In this document: positions 13,059 to 27,369 of the stretch, piece by piece
How positions within the stretch are numbered: the stretch's first letter is position 1
How the letters are laid out: each line of letters opens with the position of its first letter
DNA from: Lama glama
Taxonomy: Eukaryota
Assembly (NCBI GenBank): GCA_028534125.1
Contig: CM052817.1
Span: forward strand, 105,526,001 to 105,590,000
Direction of reading: 5' to 3'
DNA: 64,000 nucleotides
The notes under the pieces: model-generated
What the model was told of the DNA's origin: nothing
Database searches by the model: none
Seen by the model: the letters and a program-made list of their open reading frames with translations, nothing else
Position numbers and translations under genes: made by a program

Positions 13059-16000
13059 GTTTTTAATCCTGCTAATACTATTTTCTTTGTGATCCCTTCT
13101 TTCCAAGAGCCCATTCCTTTGAATCTCATTTAGTATTACTTTTATTTCAACTTTATATCCTTTCAAAAATACCTTCTACTTCGTACAGCCTCCAATTATC
13201 CTTCACAGATTTAATGCCATTTTGAATTTCACTAACCACCTAAACTGTAACATTTTTTTCTCCTGTAGAAATATTTTCAAATGTATGTTTCCTCTTCTTG
13301 AATATCATAGCTCTGATTATGAACCATTTTCAAAATCCAGTGCTGGTTTGTTTTGTTGTTGGTTCTGTTCCTCAACGTACTCTTCATAATTCAGATACCT
13401 GTCCTGTGAAGCAGGTACTGGGTGGTGGTTAATGTCCACTTTCAGAGAAATAGGTGTGTATATTGATGGTCACACCTCTAAGCCCAAATCTGAGTTTGCC
13501 AGGCATCAGTAGCTTTTTTAAGCCATTCCTTCTCTTAGGTTTCAGTGCACCTTTAATACTCCTCTCCCTAAATTCCCAGTTGTTGTCTTTTAAATACACA
13601 TTTCAGAAACGGATATAGAAAGATGAGAGCAAAGGGGAGAAAAGTTTCAATATTTAGGACGTTGCACCCTACCTAATATTCTGTTGGGTGCAGATTCTTG
13701 GAGGACAGAGAGAAAGAAGGAAATCAATTGCCTCTTTTATTAAAACAAACAGAGGAACAAACAAAAAACATAAATGGTCCACTCTCAAGCGCCATCAGTT
13801 TTATATCTAGTGAATAATCTATCCTCTGCCAATAAATTGCTAATCAGTTGAAGTTTTGGCTTAGTTTAATCTTCACATACTTGGTGGACAGGCAGGGCTG
13901 CTAATCAAGTATGTTTCTAGCTACAAATCTTTCTATTTTCTCATTTCTTTACAAATAGCATTTTAGCAGGGGAAAATATGCCTTAAATGTGCCCATTAAT
14001 TCTAAAGATGCATTTTTATTTCAGAAATGCACTTTCTGGCTGGCCTTTTGGATGCCTTGGCCTTACAGATTTCTGTTCTTGTAATGTGTATTCTCTAGAA
14101 AGCAATGTAGCTGATTCTCTGTAAATGAAAGGGTGACACTTATAAAAGGATATATATAGCTCTGAGTATTTTTAATAAAGATACGCTTTAACAATAGCTA
14201 TCCAGGGCCCAGAAGCCTGTGAGGCATTCCGGTGACCCAAAAGGGTTAACAGGTCTCCACGGTTCCCTTCTAGTGACATTTAGTGTATTTAGCTTGAAAA
14301 GCTAATCAATCATGCCTTATGAAGTCTGCCATTTAAAAAGTAGTTTGGCTAAGAATATAATTCAATATATCCAAGTGAATAAAGGCTGGGAGAATGATTA
14401 AAATGGAAATTGTCTAGATGGAGGATGTAGCTAGTTAAGTGCCGCAGGGTTAGCTCTGCCTGTAGATAGAGCAACAGTGTCATTATAGGGAAATACATCA
14501 TTGCAATTTACATACATCAGAATATTTAAAGATACTGGAAATACCGGTAAGGAAAATCACCTAAAATAAGTGAACTAAAAGGAGATCTATGAAATGTGAG
14601 CTGAACGTCAAATGAGATTCATCTGTAGAGTAGGAGAGACAATTATTTGAATTTCAATAATTTTATAGCCAAGAAGAGCCTGGAAAGCAACATTCCAGAA
14701 AGACTTAGATGACGTGGCTTTTTCATTTTGAATGTAATCCATGTTGTTAATTAATAATGACCAAATGTTGAATAGGATTCATCATTAAAACAAATAGATA
14801 AAGGAGATGTTTACAAGGGTGTAGAGCATTTTGCGAAGGAAGTGTTTGCATTTGCATTTAATTTCCCAGCTGTGTTTTCACATCAGTGAGAGGATGAAAA
14901 TAAAGTAATATTAACATTTCTGGGAATGAATTCCAGACACCCACATGATGTCTTAAGGCAAGACAGTAGATGCTCAGCATTTTATTCCAGAGAAATGAAA
15001 GAAAAAGAACACCTCAAAGGATTTTTTTTTGTTTGTATTTGCATCCATATTATGTATAAGATGTTATCACAGTCTAATTATAATTTAATTCACCAGATAT
15101 CCTTTGTGCCTTTTTACAAATTCAATTACTTTGACCTCTAGCTCACCAGTGTACTGATACCTGATTATTCTCCTTTACACTATCTCTTTGCAAACTGTTT
15201 AAAAATTCACTGTATTTTGTATAATCTTTACCAAAGGAAAATTTGAATATTTTCTATTAAGTAGCTTTATTCCAAAGATAAGCTTGTCCCTATGGGATAG
15301 TGTTTTTTTTTTTTTTCTTTCAGTTTATTTAGAAAAATAAATATATCTGAGTTCTAGTCCCTGAGGTCATGGTCTTCAAAATGTGATTCTGAGGGACTTT
15401 GTGGTAAAGGTAACGCTCAGAGCTGGTTCACAGGGAGGGAGGGGAAAACCTGGCACGTGGGGCTTGGACCTCCACTTCCTGACTCAACATAAAGAGCCTA
15501 GTTTTTAACCATTTAAAGTTTCAGAGTTTTTTCAATGTCACTATAGATGATAGTGTGTATATGATTTTTTGGTATTAATGGTTCCTAAATGCAAACCAGT
15601 GGGTTTCTAGTATCTTCCATAGGAATTTCAAAGAGTTTTGACTTAATTATTCTTTCTTCTTAAAGCAAAAATTTTAGTAACTAATTTCAATAGCAAGTAA
15701 ACATCTGTGTCAGTGGAAATCAAATAAGCGTATTGGGGTATGGCTCTTGCTTCAGAATTTTACTTGGTGGAGCATAGTTGCTGTAGAATTAATGCTTTAA
15801 TGTGTTTTTATTTGTAGATACATGCTGTATAATTTACATCTTAAGTGCCATCATTTAGAGATGGGGAATATAGGAAATACTAATTTTGAGATAAAACAGT
15901 TTAATGAAGAACATAAAAATGATAATAATTCTGTTAAATTGCCCCAAGATGCTGCTTATAGATTAGTAAAAGACATTAATCTAAATGAATTCCTTACTTA

Positions 16001-17411
16001 GTATATAAAGATATCTCTAAGACTTTAAATATCATTGATAATAGACTGAAAATGTAGGAAAGATTACTTTCAATTTCTCTTTTCAGTGACAGAATATACA
16101 GAATAGTCAGATCTGCTACATTTAAAGAAAAGTACTTTAAAAGAACAGCCAGAATTTTCAAAAATGTGTATCATCATTTATAAATAAGATAGAACAATTA
16201 TTATAGAGGTATACCAGTTGATTTTCAAAGACACAAAGTGTAGTGATTTCAAATACCAGTTAACAAATGTATGTTTTTTTCTGCTACATGCCATAACACA
16301 TAATAAACTTCTATAGCATTTGGAATGAATATTTCCCAGATCAAATTGTTATAATACATACTTTGTATTACATTAGTCAAATATATTATTTTTAAAATAA
16401 TTTAAGTTACTGTATAACCTATTAAATGGGAAAATAAATATATCTCTATATATGCAAATATATAATTGATTAAATATTTACCTATACAGAAATATAATAA
16501 ATGTATTTTTCTTGTAATTACATTCTTATGGGAAAAATGATTTAAGAAAATGTGAAATCACATAAATATAGAGTGGTTTACAATAAAAACACATTTTTAA
16601 ACTTCATGTTAAATTAAGATAAAAGAATGACACATAAAAATCATGTTTACCAATCCACTTATAGCTGATCACAAGAAATGCATTCTTTCCCTTAAGTGGA
16701 CCCCCTCTGCACAATTCTAAGAATCTCAGAACCCGGTTGTCTGAAGGGATCAATTGTTTTTATTTGATCCTAAAAAATATATTCAGTTACACAGTTACAC
16801 AAGAGGTGTGTTTCTGATGTTCTGTCTTTTTCGAGGGGCTGTCTGCCGGGACACAAGCTCAAGTGGGTAAAGACTGATGTCTCACTAAGCTCCACATCAG
16901 CCAACGTGAGTTACTGCCCGGAAGTCAGTAACAATGTCTCACAATGAACGGGAAGAGATCGCCTCTCCTGTTGATACTCTCAGCTGTAGGAACTCCACAG
17001 TGTAAGCGCTCAGCAGAGTCTAAACATTTGTTTAGGGAGTGAAGTCTCTAAAGAAAACATGATCTGCATACACATGTACATCTGCCAATTTCTGTTAAAA
17101 AGGCCATTTAACTTCTCAATGTGAAATATAGGCATATGTCGTATCTTAACCAAGCATTAAAAGGTCTTCGAAAGGCAATTTTCCAAAACCAAGGGAAAAT
17201 CTGTCCCCCAAAAAAGTGAATTTTAATATCAGATTAAAAAATGTATATTTGCAATTTTAACCTAGTAGTTTTTCTCCATTCTAGCCGTAAAAAACTTCAA
17301 ACCATTTTGAAGTCTACATTGAAACCTCTGAACAGATATTTTTATCTAACCACTTCTCTCCTGAATGCCATGAATAATCAGAATAATCTCTTCTCTAGAC
17401 TTAAGCAATTA

Positions 17412-18260
17412 ATTCCTTCATTCATTCAGTTAACAAAGATTGTATATCAATCTCTTGCCAGGTTCCTACTTAACACTGAAGACAAAAGAGTGAATAAAAT
17501 CTCTAAAGTTTCATAGAACTTCCAGTCTCTCGGGAGGGGGTGAGAACGGGACAGAGTCATTAAGAGATTAACATTCTTGTTCTGCTACATAGAAACCTGA
17601 TAAGAATTTTGGGTTTGATTCTGAGTGTGAAAAGAAGCCAATGGTTTACTTTTTAGTGGCATTTGTCTGGTGTCTGCATAGGGAATAATCTATGGAACAA
17701 GGGAGACCAAGATTGGAAGTGATAGACTGGATGGAAGTTCTGGCTCTGGTCCAGGCTAGAGACTATTCAGGTATATATTTCATAGTTAGAATGTATCTTT
17801 TGATGAGACACAGAGTGAGTGAGAAAAGAAAATTAAGGATGGACTCTTAGAATTTTACTCTGAACACTTGGACAAATGGGGTTGTCTTCCCCTAGATAGG
17901 GGAAGACGGTGGAAGGAATGAACTTGGTGTATCTTATGTTTGGGTACCTACAGACATCCAAGTGGAGATGTTAAATTGGCACGTAGAAGAGAGATTGGCA
18001 TTGGAAGTACAAATTGGACACCAGGAACTTATAGGGGGTACTTTGGAGCAGGAGTTAATGAAGAGTGAGGAGTTAGCAGAAATATTGTGAGTTGAGAGTG
18101 GAAATGCACCCTGTTCTCTAAAAGTCAGGAAGATGAAACCTCCAGTAAAAAAGATGTGAACAAGTAACCAGTGAAATTGGAAACAAAGAACCCTACAACT
18201 ACAGAGTGGGAACCCAATGAGGAGACTGTTTCAATAAGGTGAGAAGGGTCAGCTGGTATC
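17412..18260 (-). mobile_element. L2 3' region
   Basis: Starts ttccttcattcattcag..tgccagg; purine-rich L2 motifs (agacatccaagtggagatgttaa). Confidence 0.7.
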
Positions 18261-19208
18261 AAACACTTGGGGATTAGACAAAAGTATGTGGACTAGCCAT
18301 ACAGTTTCTCATAGTTCAACCTAATGCCCTTTCTGCGCTTTAGTTTCCATTTTCCAATGGAGGGAGAAACCTACCTGTATGTTAAATGCCTCACATGTGG
18401 TAGTAGATTCTCTGCAATTTTTTTCCCTTTCCCCCCCATCACCATCCTACTCTTTAAAATCGGTATTTCTCATTGCAGCAATTCTGGCTGTATTCCCAAT
18501 AGCGCTACATTAATTATTTTAAATAAACTAAATTATTGGTTGTTTAAATGTTTTACCTAGTCTGTTTTACTACAAACGTGTTGCTTTAAAACTAGTAAAA
18601 CCATTACGTTTACTCATTATTAAATTGGCTTCAAACTCAGAATGAAAGCAATATTTTGAAATTGACATTGAAATGACCTGTCATATCTACTACCTACTGG
18701 ATCAAAAAAATTACCTCAGGTTTTGTTTTGTTTTTTTTTCAAAAAAATATGTCCCAACTTATCTGCTAAAATGAAGCGGTACCTGTTTGCCTCCATAATC
18801 AGCAAAGTTAAAATCAAACTTCCTTTCTCCCTGGGCAGAAAGTATAAACATTTTTAATTAGAGCTGATATTTTTCTGTGTCCTTGTTTCTAGAAGAGACA
18901 GGCTAGTAGGGAAAGGTGACCCTGACATAATCACAAAACTAAGCAGGTTACAGAGTCAGATTGAGGGCAGGATGCTAGACTTGGTGGCACAGCGAGTCCT
19001 GCTCACAGGGCGGGCGCTCATTACAGGAGTGGATTAGGAGATTTGTTAAAGGATTAGGGGATTTGAATTCCTTTTTTTTTCTTTTCCGTTTCTATTCCTC
19101 ACAATAGCCCTCATTGTGTCTATTGTTTATGAACCGTTTTATGCCTAGACGTTAAGTAGAGAATGAATGTAGAATTAAGTAAGATAGAGTTCGCTTTTTG
19201 CTGAAAAG

Positions 19209-19210
<2 letters not shown>

Positions 19211-19243
<33 letters not shown>
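19211..19243. repeat. (AC)n microsatellite
   Basis: Perfect run of about 16 AC units. Confidence 0.95.
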
Positions 19244-19246
<3 letters not shown>

Positions 19247-20697
19247 GACTGAGGACATAATGCACTTATGTGCATTCTGGTTCTGAGAAAACCGAACGAG
19301 AATTTCAGGTTTTCATTTACATTCTCTTTGTCTGAGAAAGTGTATTGTGAGGTGACCTCAGACCATTTCACACACTTTAATGAGCCGTCCCTTTCGATGG
19401 GACTCTCCTGAAACAGCTTTTCCCAAAGAATGTTTTGGGAATAGAGGCGATTTTTACAAAGTAGGAATGCAAGTGACCAACCAAGAGGAACCGCTTTTCA
19501 GCTCACTAGTAAACAGAGAAAGAAAATTTGAAATGATGAGATTGTTTGAAACATTTACAAATAGAATAGTTTGAAAAAACAGCAACAAAATTTCCAGAAG
19601 GTTATGGATAAAAGGTATCCCCTGAGAGTAGAAAATTATGTACTTCTGGGGAGGAATCTGGCATTCAACATTGAAAAGGTAAAGTGCATACCTTTTAATA
19701 AACAATTGCAAGTCTAATTAGAGAAAACGTAAAGCAGTCCAAATCCTATCAATAGAGCTAGTTGAATAAAACACACCAAAAACACCCCAAAGGCTATCAA
19801 AAATGAAAAGATATTTACATGAAAGTGTGCCTATGTTTTAATTAACATAAGAAAAAATAATTTGCAAAACACTCTGGAGAGAATAATCTAATCTATGGAA
19901 AACTTTAAACTTCTGTGGAGGTACATGTAGGGAAGTGTGTATGTGTGTGTGTTGCAATTTTAAATGGATAATCAAGTAAGTTTGTCACTGCTTTTGTGGG
20001 GATTTCAGGTGATAATCATTTTTTCATTCTTTTTATAAGGCAGGCATTATTTTTACACTCTGATATAATTCATCAGATGTTCTCTAATATAATCGAAGGG
20101 TCTACTCTGAAAGAAAATATTGAAAGTTATGGTGAATATTAGCTTTTCAAAGGAATGTCACAGAGCAAAGAAACACATTTGACATTGTATTACTTGAATT
20201 TTCTTAAAGTCCTTAGCCAGAAGATCCCATTTGACTTAAGTGCTGCTATTATACGTGGTCTGAGAAACTCTCTTTGAAGCGTCCACACCTCACCTGTCAA
20301 TTCCACATTCTCAGGCAGAACTATAATAGCATGCATGTAGGGAAAAGACATTTTGGTGCTATTTTTTTTCCTCTCATATTATTATTATTACTTCTCGACT
20401 GTGCAGTTATTTCTTATTTACAGCCAATTGACAAGAAAAGAGGTCCTTCATTAAATCAAGGAGTTGTTCAGGGCCAGTTCAGACTTACTCCCTGGATGAA
20501 TTAACTGTGCACTCTACTACTGAGCACCTGCTCATTTGAACACGGCAACTGTGTATGATTTGCAAATGACCATGTTTCCCAAGTGTTCTCATCTCAGGCT
20601 ACCAATGTGAAAGCTAGTGTTTTCCCCTAGGTCTTGATTTAATTCTGTGGTAAGGTTTTTGTTGTCTTTGTGAAGTCTGTGATGGCACTTGGAGAGT

Positions 20698-21208
20698 TGT
20701 TTCCAAGTCCAGACTCGTTCTGCTGGCCACATGACAGTCCAGTAAATCAGGAAACAAAAAGTATTGGAGCAAGGAATAATGATTTTATTTGGAAAGCCAG
20801 CAGATAGCAGACTAATGTCATGGAGAACCATCTTCCCCCATCAGAATTCAGGATCCTTTTATAGTAAAAAGGAAAGGGGATGTGGTTGATGGTTGCAAAC
20901 TTCTTGTGTCAAAATCCTTTGTTCTTGCAGCTGTCCACCTAGGTCAGGTCATGGTGTCCCTGCAAACCTCCAGTAAGACAAATGTTATTCTCTAATCTGC
21001 AACTTTTTATCTCTATATGAATGGGAAAGTGTTACACCCTTAAAGATCAGAGCCTTGAGGATGGGCTCTCCTGTCTATTTCAGGCTCTAGGCAACATTCT
21101 TTTACAAAAGGTGAAGAACCAGCATGACTGAGCCCAGGAAACAGAGCACAGGGTTAGAGGCAAAGAAACAGATCTACTATGGAGTCAGATTTGTTCTTCC
21201 CTATTACA
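20698..21208 (-). mobile_element. Solo LTR, ERV1-class
   Basis: TG...CA termini with a perfect 4-bp TSD gagt (20694-20697, 21209-21212); minus-strand TATAAAA (20863-20857) and AATAAA (20789-20784). Confidence 0.85.
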
Positions 21209-21233
21209 GAGTCACTACTGGGAAGGTTAACCT

Positions 21234-21674
21234 TATAGATGAAAAATGTTGCCAGTCATATCAGTAAACAAAGGATGCTGCAGTCCTCAAGCCATCAGCC
21301 ACTACAGCCACTCCCAAATGTGCACCCTGAGGAGATTCAGAATTGAGAAAACAGGATACTGGCCCTATTTTAAGCTGCATATCAAAGGAATGATTTCAAT
21401 GAGCCCAGAATCTTGCTTCCTCCCATACATAGAAAAGTTAAATTCATTCACTTGAGATGTTTGGTTTTCTTTAATTAACAGTAATCTTTGGATGTTCCAA
21501 CTACCTGGTTTTTGTTGCAAAACTCTTACACACCCTAGCTCTTTCCTTACCTCTTTAGAGCAGTCCCTCAAAGCTATCTGAGATGCTGTCTTCCACGTTT
21601 AAGTTCTCAGTTTTGTCCATCGAATAAAACAGAATTCTTAACTTTTAGGCTGTACATTTTTTTCCCAATGGATA
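21234..21674 (+). mobile_element. Solo LTR, probably ERV1-class, unrelated to the adjacent LTR
   Basis: LTR-like composition, AATAAA at 21623-21628, decayed termini, TSD-like acct/actt. Confidence 0.7.
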
Positions 21675-21764
21675 ACTTAATGGTCAAATGAATTTAAGAA
21701 TATTTAAGAGAACTTATTTTTTTTCTACATAACATCAGATTTTGGCCCCACATTTATCACTTTT

Positions 21765-23500
21765 TAAAAACACTTTTATTGAGATATAATTCACATACCT
21801 ACAATTCATACCCATTTCAAGTGTACAATTCAGTGTTTTTTCAGGGTATTCACAAAGCTGTGCAACCAACACCACAGTCAATTTTAGAACATTTATAAAA
21901 TCCGCGAAAGAAATCCCTCATCCATTGGTAGTCACTTCACATCCACCTCAACCTTCTCTATAATATCAAACAGAAGAATTGAAAACCATTGTTTCTTTTT
22001 CCTGATCTTAGGGGGAAGCCCTTAAATTTTTCAAATCAAGCATGCTGTTCACAGTGGGATTTTCACAGGTAGCATTTTGTCAGGTTTAGGAATCTCCCTT
22101 CTACTTCTAGAAATTGAGTATTTTTATCACAAAGATTTTCGGGTTATGTCAAATACTCTTTCTGCATCTATTCAAATTACCATATACTTTTGTTCTTGAT
22201 TCTATTGATACGGTTTTTCAGCTGTCAATCCAATATTAGATTCATAAGATGAATCCCACTTGGTCATAGTAGAGAGTCCTCTAAATGTTGCTGTTCGGGG
22301 TTTGTATTTTGTGGAGAACTTTTGCATCTGTATTCATAAACGATACTGTTATGTAATTTTCTTTTTTGTGTTGTTTTTATCTAATTTTGATATTAGGAAA
22401 AGGTTGGTTTTATAAATGAGTTGGGATGAAAACTGCTCATTTTGGACAAAATATTGCAGTGTTTCTGAATACTGATCCGCCCACTCTAGAGCTTGTCGCT
22501 GCTTGCTTTTTTGCTCCTTATTTGTTCGGCAATTTGGCCATAATATTTCAACGACACCTACTTTCTTTGGAATAAAAAAAAAAGTTCTGCCTCTGAGATT
22601 GCGACTCCAAAGCTTATCTTGGGCATCACATGTTCACCCTGGACCCCACCACCCAGCATGTCAGCAGCTATGGTTAGGCTCTCTTCGTCTCTTCTCCTTA
22701 CCTCCTTGATCAGCTTTTACCTGGTCTGCATCCCGTTTTTATTTTCCACTAACTGATTAGTGAGCTGATCCTTCTATTGTTTGATAACACCTTGGAGCAA
22801 TAATTGCCCCACAGTCTGATCCAATTAAATTTGCATAATTTTGCAAGAGTAACTTCAATGCATTCTTTGTGGCTTGCTCCAACGGCTCTGTGTTGTCATT
22901 TCTTTTCCTGTCCTCTCTGTTAGATGTCTAGCTTGTCTACAGTTTCATGTGTTATTATTATGAACTGGCAGCCTCATTTTCACTATTCACCACAAAAATC
23001 ACTGTTTTCAGCCTCCTCCTTAGGCTTTACCTTTCCTACACTCTGTTCCAAAGGATGTTAGTCCCCTTAGAGAGGGCTGTGAAGATCTCTTTCCCTTATG
23101 GCCTGCCCCTCCCCAAGGGCAGAATTTCCACACCACTGCTCTGGACCTGCTGGTGAGATAGCAGCCCGTTTCTCTCTGCAGGATACTTCTGTTCTATAAG
23201 AGGTATACTGGGTAAGGGTTATCACCCTTTGTCTTCTTACTTGACTCTTCTAGGCTGAGGTATCCACCCTATGAGTGGATGAATGCCATTGGGTCCAATA
23301 TTCTTTGACCTTACAAGTGGGTACTGAGTCATAGAAGGAACCCCAGACTTCTCATCCATGTTTGCATGAAAATGAGCCTCTATAACATGAAGCTAAAGGA
23401 AAGGAGAAATGAGGGCAACCTTGATTTCTAGAAAGCAACTGCAGCTCTAGATTTGTAGTTTATTGCTACATGCACCCAACTTCCATCTTGATGAGGTCAG
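21765..23500 (-). mobile_element. Ancient L1M fragments (3' end, ORF2 pieces, probable 5' region)
   Basis: ttttattgagatataattcacatac..tgtgcaacca 3' end; cctgatcttagggggaagc..ttctgcatctatt..aatcccacttggtcat ORF2 antisense motifs. The 22430-23500 portion is less certain. Confidence 0.65.
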
Positions 23501-24244
23501 AGAAGAGGCCTTCAGTCGGCACCATACTTGTGCCTGCTGGACAAATAAGATAAACTGTTCTTTCTTTCTTTATACAATTCATCTCTCTTTCCCCAATTAC
23601 TAAAAAAATACATAATTGTTAGAAATGGGGAAAAAACTTAGACAAAAAAGTTATAACCACATAAAGAAAGCATAACATAAATTAATGATATTTTTGGTTT
23701 GAAAAAATTTAAAAATAATTTCTGTCGTGACTTTATATAGTTATAAATGAAGAATGGAAAACGCTGGGCTCTGAATGAAACATGTGTTATGAAAGAGCTT
23801 TAAGAGGGCATCCAACAAGAGAACAGTTTCCCTCTGACTCAGGACTCACCCTTGTCCAAATTTCTGTGGGTTTCTTATTTTGATTGTTTTTTGATTAATG
23901 TTTTTAGAGTATTGAAATGCAACTATGCATTAAGCATGAGAAATAATCTGTTAAAGAGCAATGTTATTTCAGGAAATATTAAGTGCAAAAGTCAACTATC
24001 TAGCAAAAACCTTATTTTAGGTAAATTTGAAGTAATAGAAGAGAAACAGTGCAGAGGATTAATTATATATAATTCATTTCATATAAGCTGAAGCTTGGAG
24101 GTGTCTATAGTTTTCTGAAGTAGACACAGGTTAAAAAAAAGTAATAGAGAAGAGATATAGACATGTTACAAGGATGACAGTATCTACGATTTTTTCTTTG
24201 CATCTGAATTTGGGACAGGACCCTGGATATCTTCTGTGCTGAAG

Positions 24245-25045
24245 TTTTTTTTTTTTTTTAATTTTTTAAAACTTTTATTGGAGTATAGTCAGTTTCCAAT
24301 ATTGTGTCAGTTTCTGGTGTATAGCATAATGTTCAGTCATACATAAACATACATATATTCATTTTCATATTCTTTTTCACCAAATGTTACCACAGGATAT
24401 TGAATATAGTTCTCTGTGCTATACAGTATGAACTTGTTTATTTTATATATGTTAGTTAGTATCTGCAAATCTCGAACTCTCAATTTATCCCTTCCCACCT
24501 TCCCCTCCAGCTGGTAACCATAAGCTTGTTTTCTATGTCTGTGAGTCTGTTTCTGTTTTGTAAATAAGTTCATTTGTCTTTTATTTTTTTAGATTTCACA
24601 TATAAGTGATATCATGTGGTAATTTTGTTTCTCTTTCTGACTACTTCACTTAAAATAGCAAACTCCAAGTTCACTCATGTTGCTGCAAATGACACCATTT
24701 TATCTTTTTTAAGACTGAGTACTATTCCATTGTATACATATACCACTGCTTCTTTATCCAGTCATCTGTTAATGGACATTTAGGTTTTTTCCATGTCTTG
24801 ACTGTTGTAAACAGTGCTGCTGTGGACACTGGGGTACAGGTGTCTTTGAATTAAGGTTCCCTCTAGATATATGCCCAGGAGTGAGACTGCTGGATCATAT
24901 GGTAGGTCCATTTTTAGTCTTTTGAGGAATCTTCATACTGTTTTCCACAGTGGCTGCACTAAACTACATTCCCGCCAACTGTGTGGGAGGGTTCCCTTTT
25001 CTCCACCCCCTCTCCAGCATTTATCGTTTGTGGATTGAATTTTAA
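24245..25045 (-). mobile_element. 5'-truncated L1 (3' end)
   Basis: Poly-T at 24245, L1 3' UTR, ORF2 C-terminal motif (LVQPLWKTV). Confidence 0.92.
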
Positions 25046-25936
25046 TGAAGGAGATAGAAAACATTTGTGTGGGGATGTACGTATCTCTTAGTTTCTGACG
25101 TTTTGTTCCTCTTGTTACAGCTCTCTGTTTCAGTGTTACCATGTTTAGATCCCAAGTATCAGTGAAACAAAGGCCTTGTCTAGAGACCAAATTCTGTCAA
25201 AGAGTTTTTTAATCTACACTATTTGTGCGATGGAATTCATTCTCTGATTTTACTTCACCATTGAAGGATGATTAATAATACTTGTTTTCCATTATGTTAT
25301 AAAATTCAATTTATAAAATCAGAACAAAATGAATTAGCAAATTAATTTTTTCACATATCACTATATTTGGCAAAATGATTTTGAAATAAGACTTTTGTGA
25401 GGAAACTTTGAAGTAAATTTTGGAATAAACATATTAAATTGTTTTATTTTCATTAATAATCTGTGCTAATTTATATAAAAGTATTATATATGTAGTACAT
25501 ACTTCAATCTTTATGCTTTGGGATTTTTTATGCCATTAAGACATTTGAGGCATAATGAATGATGTATGATTTTTAAACTTTTATCATATTTTCTCCTTTC
25601 CAACTCACATATCTCCTAACTAAGGTATCATCATTTATATTACAGCACTAATTACAATCTGTATAAAAGCAATGCTAATTTAAGAATTAATGACCTTGTG
25701 TGTAAACATTTTAAAATTAGTTTATGTCCCTTTTCTGCGAGAGTTTGTCTTAGTTAGCTGGGTGATGCTGTAACACTTTAAACAAGCTAGTTCACTCAGA
25801 TTTATCTCTTTTAGCTAATGATAACTGTGGGTGTACATTTTCTTGCTCTAACTTTAAAAATCACTTTTGTGAAGAAAGCAAAAATATTTATAAATCATCC
25901 TTAATATACAAATATCATTTTTTAATTGTTTGTACA

Positions 25937-26079
25937 CTTATTTATTTATTTATCTGGGGAGGAGGTAATTAGGTTTTTTTGCTTGTTTGTTTACTTATTT
26001 AGTGGAAGTGCTGGGGATTGAACCCAGGACCTTGTGCTTGCTAAGCATGCGCTCTACCACTGAGCTACACCCTCCTCCC
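25937..26079 (-). mobile_element. tRNA-Ala-derived camelid SINE (vic-1-like)
   Basis: ggggattgaacccaggaccttgtgcttgctaagcatgcgctctaccactgagctacaccctcc head; ggaggtaattagg tail; (TTTA)n. Confidence 0.85.
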
Positions 26080-26190
26080 TGAAAAAAAAATTATTTGAAG
26101 TGATTCATACATTAGAAGAATATAAGCAGAAGGGACACCTTGGATTAGCAGATACCCGGTAACATCTCCCAGTAATTTTCCTTTATTGTT

Positions 26191-26323
26191 TTTTTTTCAA
26201 TAGACTTTATTTTTTTTAGACCAGTTTCAGGTTTACAGCAGAATTGAGCAGAAAATACAGAGAGTTCCCACATAACCCTCCCCACCCACACGTACTTACT
26301 CCCCTACATTCAACATCCTTCAT
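26191..26323 (-). mobile_element. Short old L1 3' end with TSD
   Basis: tttcaggtttacagcagaattgagcagaaaatacagagagttccca, flanked by a repeated cctttattgttt. Confidence 0.75.
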
Positions 26324-26864
26324 CCTTTATTGTTTACATGGGGAAAACATCAGCTTGACAACTGGGCATTTAGTTTCCAAATTCTTCTAGCACTAATTAC
26401 ATCTGCTTCGATAAGTCAGTGATGCATTTAGATATAAGCCATTCCAATAAAACTTTTAAAAAATAATGATAAGTTATTTCTTCTTCTAAAGTAAAATTAA
26501 TCTTATTCAATAATAAATGATACAAATAATAATGATCACATCTTTTCTATGTATAAAAATAAACTATTTTCACCTACTTCCACACAACCACTTACTATGA
26601 GTTCTATATATTTATTATTAGCTAATACACCTTCTGTTCTTAAACTACTGTATTCACCCAATGTTTTTTATAGACATTGGCAGTTAAGTCTCAACGGGTA
26701 CCAGTGGGAAGTAAAGGCTTTTTGCTTCAAGCAGTGTTACCTGAGCTCAAGGGTAGTTTTGACCCTCAGGAAATGGGTGATAAAACCCATCAGAAAAGTC
26801 CAACAGGAGTAAACCTGGAGTCAAACAAATTTAGGTTTATTCACTTGCTGTAGCAGGGAGACCG

Positions 26865-27248
26865 CGGGCAGCTCAGGCTACTGAGGCAAAATGTGACAGC
26901 CTGGGGGCTTAAACAATAGATCTTTATTTTCTCCCAGTTTCAGAGGCTAGAAAGCCAAGATCAAGGTGCTGGCAGGTACGGTTCCACCTGGGTCTTTTCT
27001 CCTTGTTTGCAGATAACTCCCTTTCACTGTGTCCTCACACAGTTGTCACTCTCTATGGGTTCATCCCTGGCACCTCACTTTTTGTAAGGACACCAATCGT
27101 AATGGATCCAGGCCCTTCCTAATGGCCTCATTCAACATATTGTATTTACCCCTTTAAAAGCTCTATCTCCAAATAAACTGACATTCTGAGGTCCTGGGGC
27201 TTAGGGCTGCAACATATGAAGGGAGTACACATCTCAATCCAGTATAAC
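26865..27248 (-). mobile_element. MaLR LTR (MLT1A-like)
   Basis: ggcttaaacaa..tttatttt..aggctagaaagccaagatcaaggtgctggcagg..taaggacacc..atctccaaata..cattctgaggtcctgggg motifs. Confidence 0.8.
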
Positions 27249-27369
27249 TGGGAATCAGGCATTTTCCTGAAGAAAGACTGGAGGAAACAGAATTCAACTT
27301 TATATTGGTTTCTGTCAAAAAGCAAGGGGGGACTTAGCAATTGGTTAAGTCCATACTCTTTTTTAAAAA

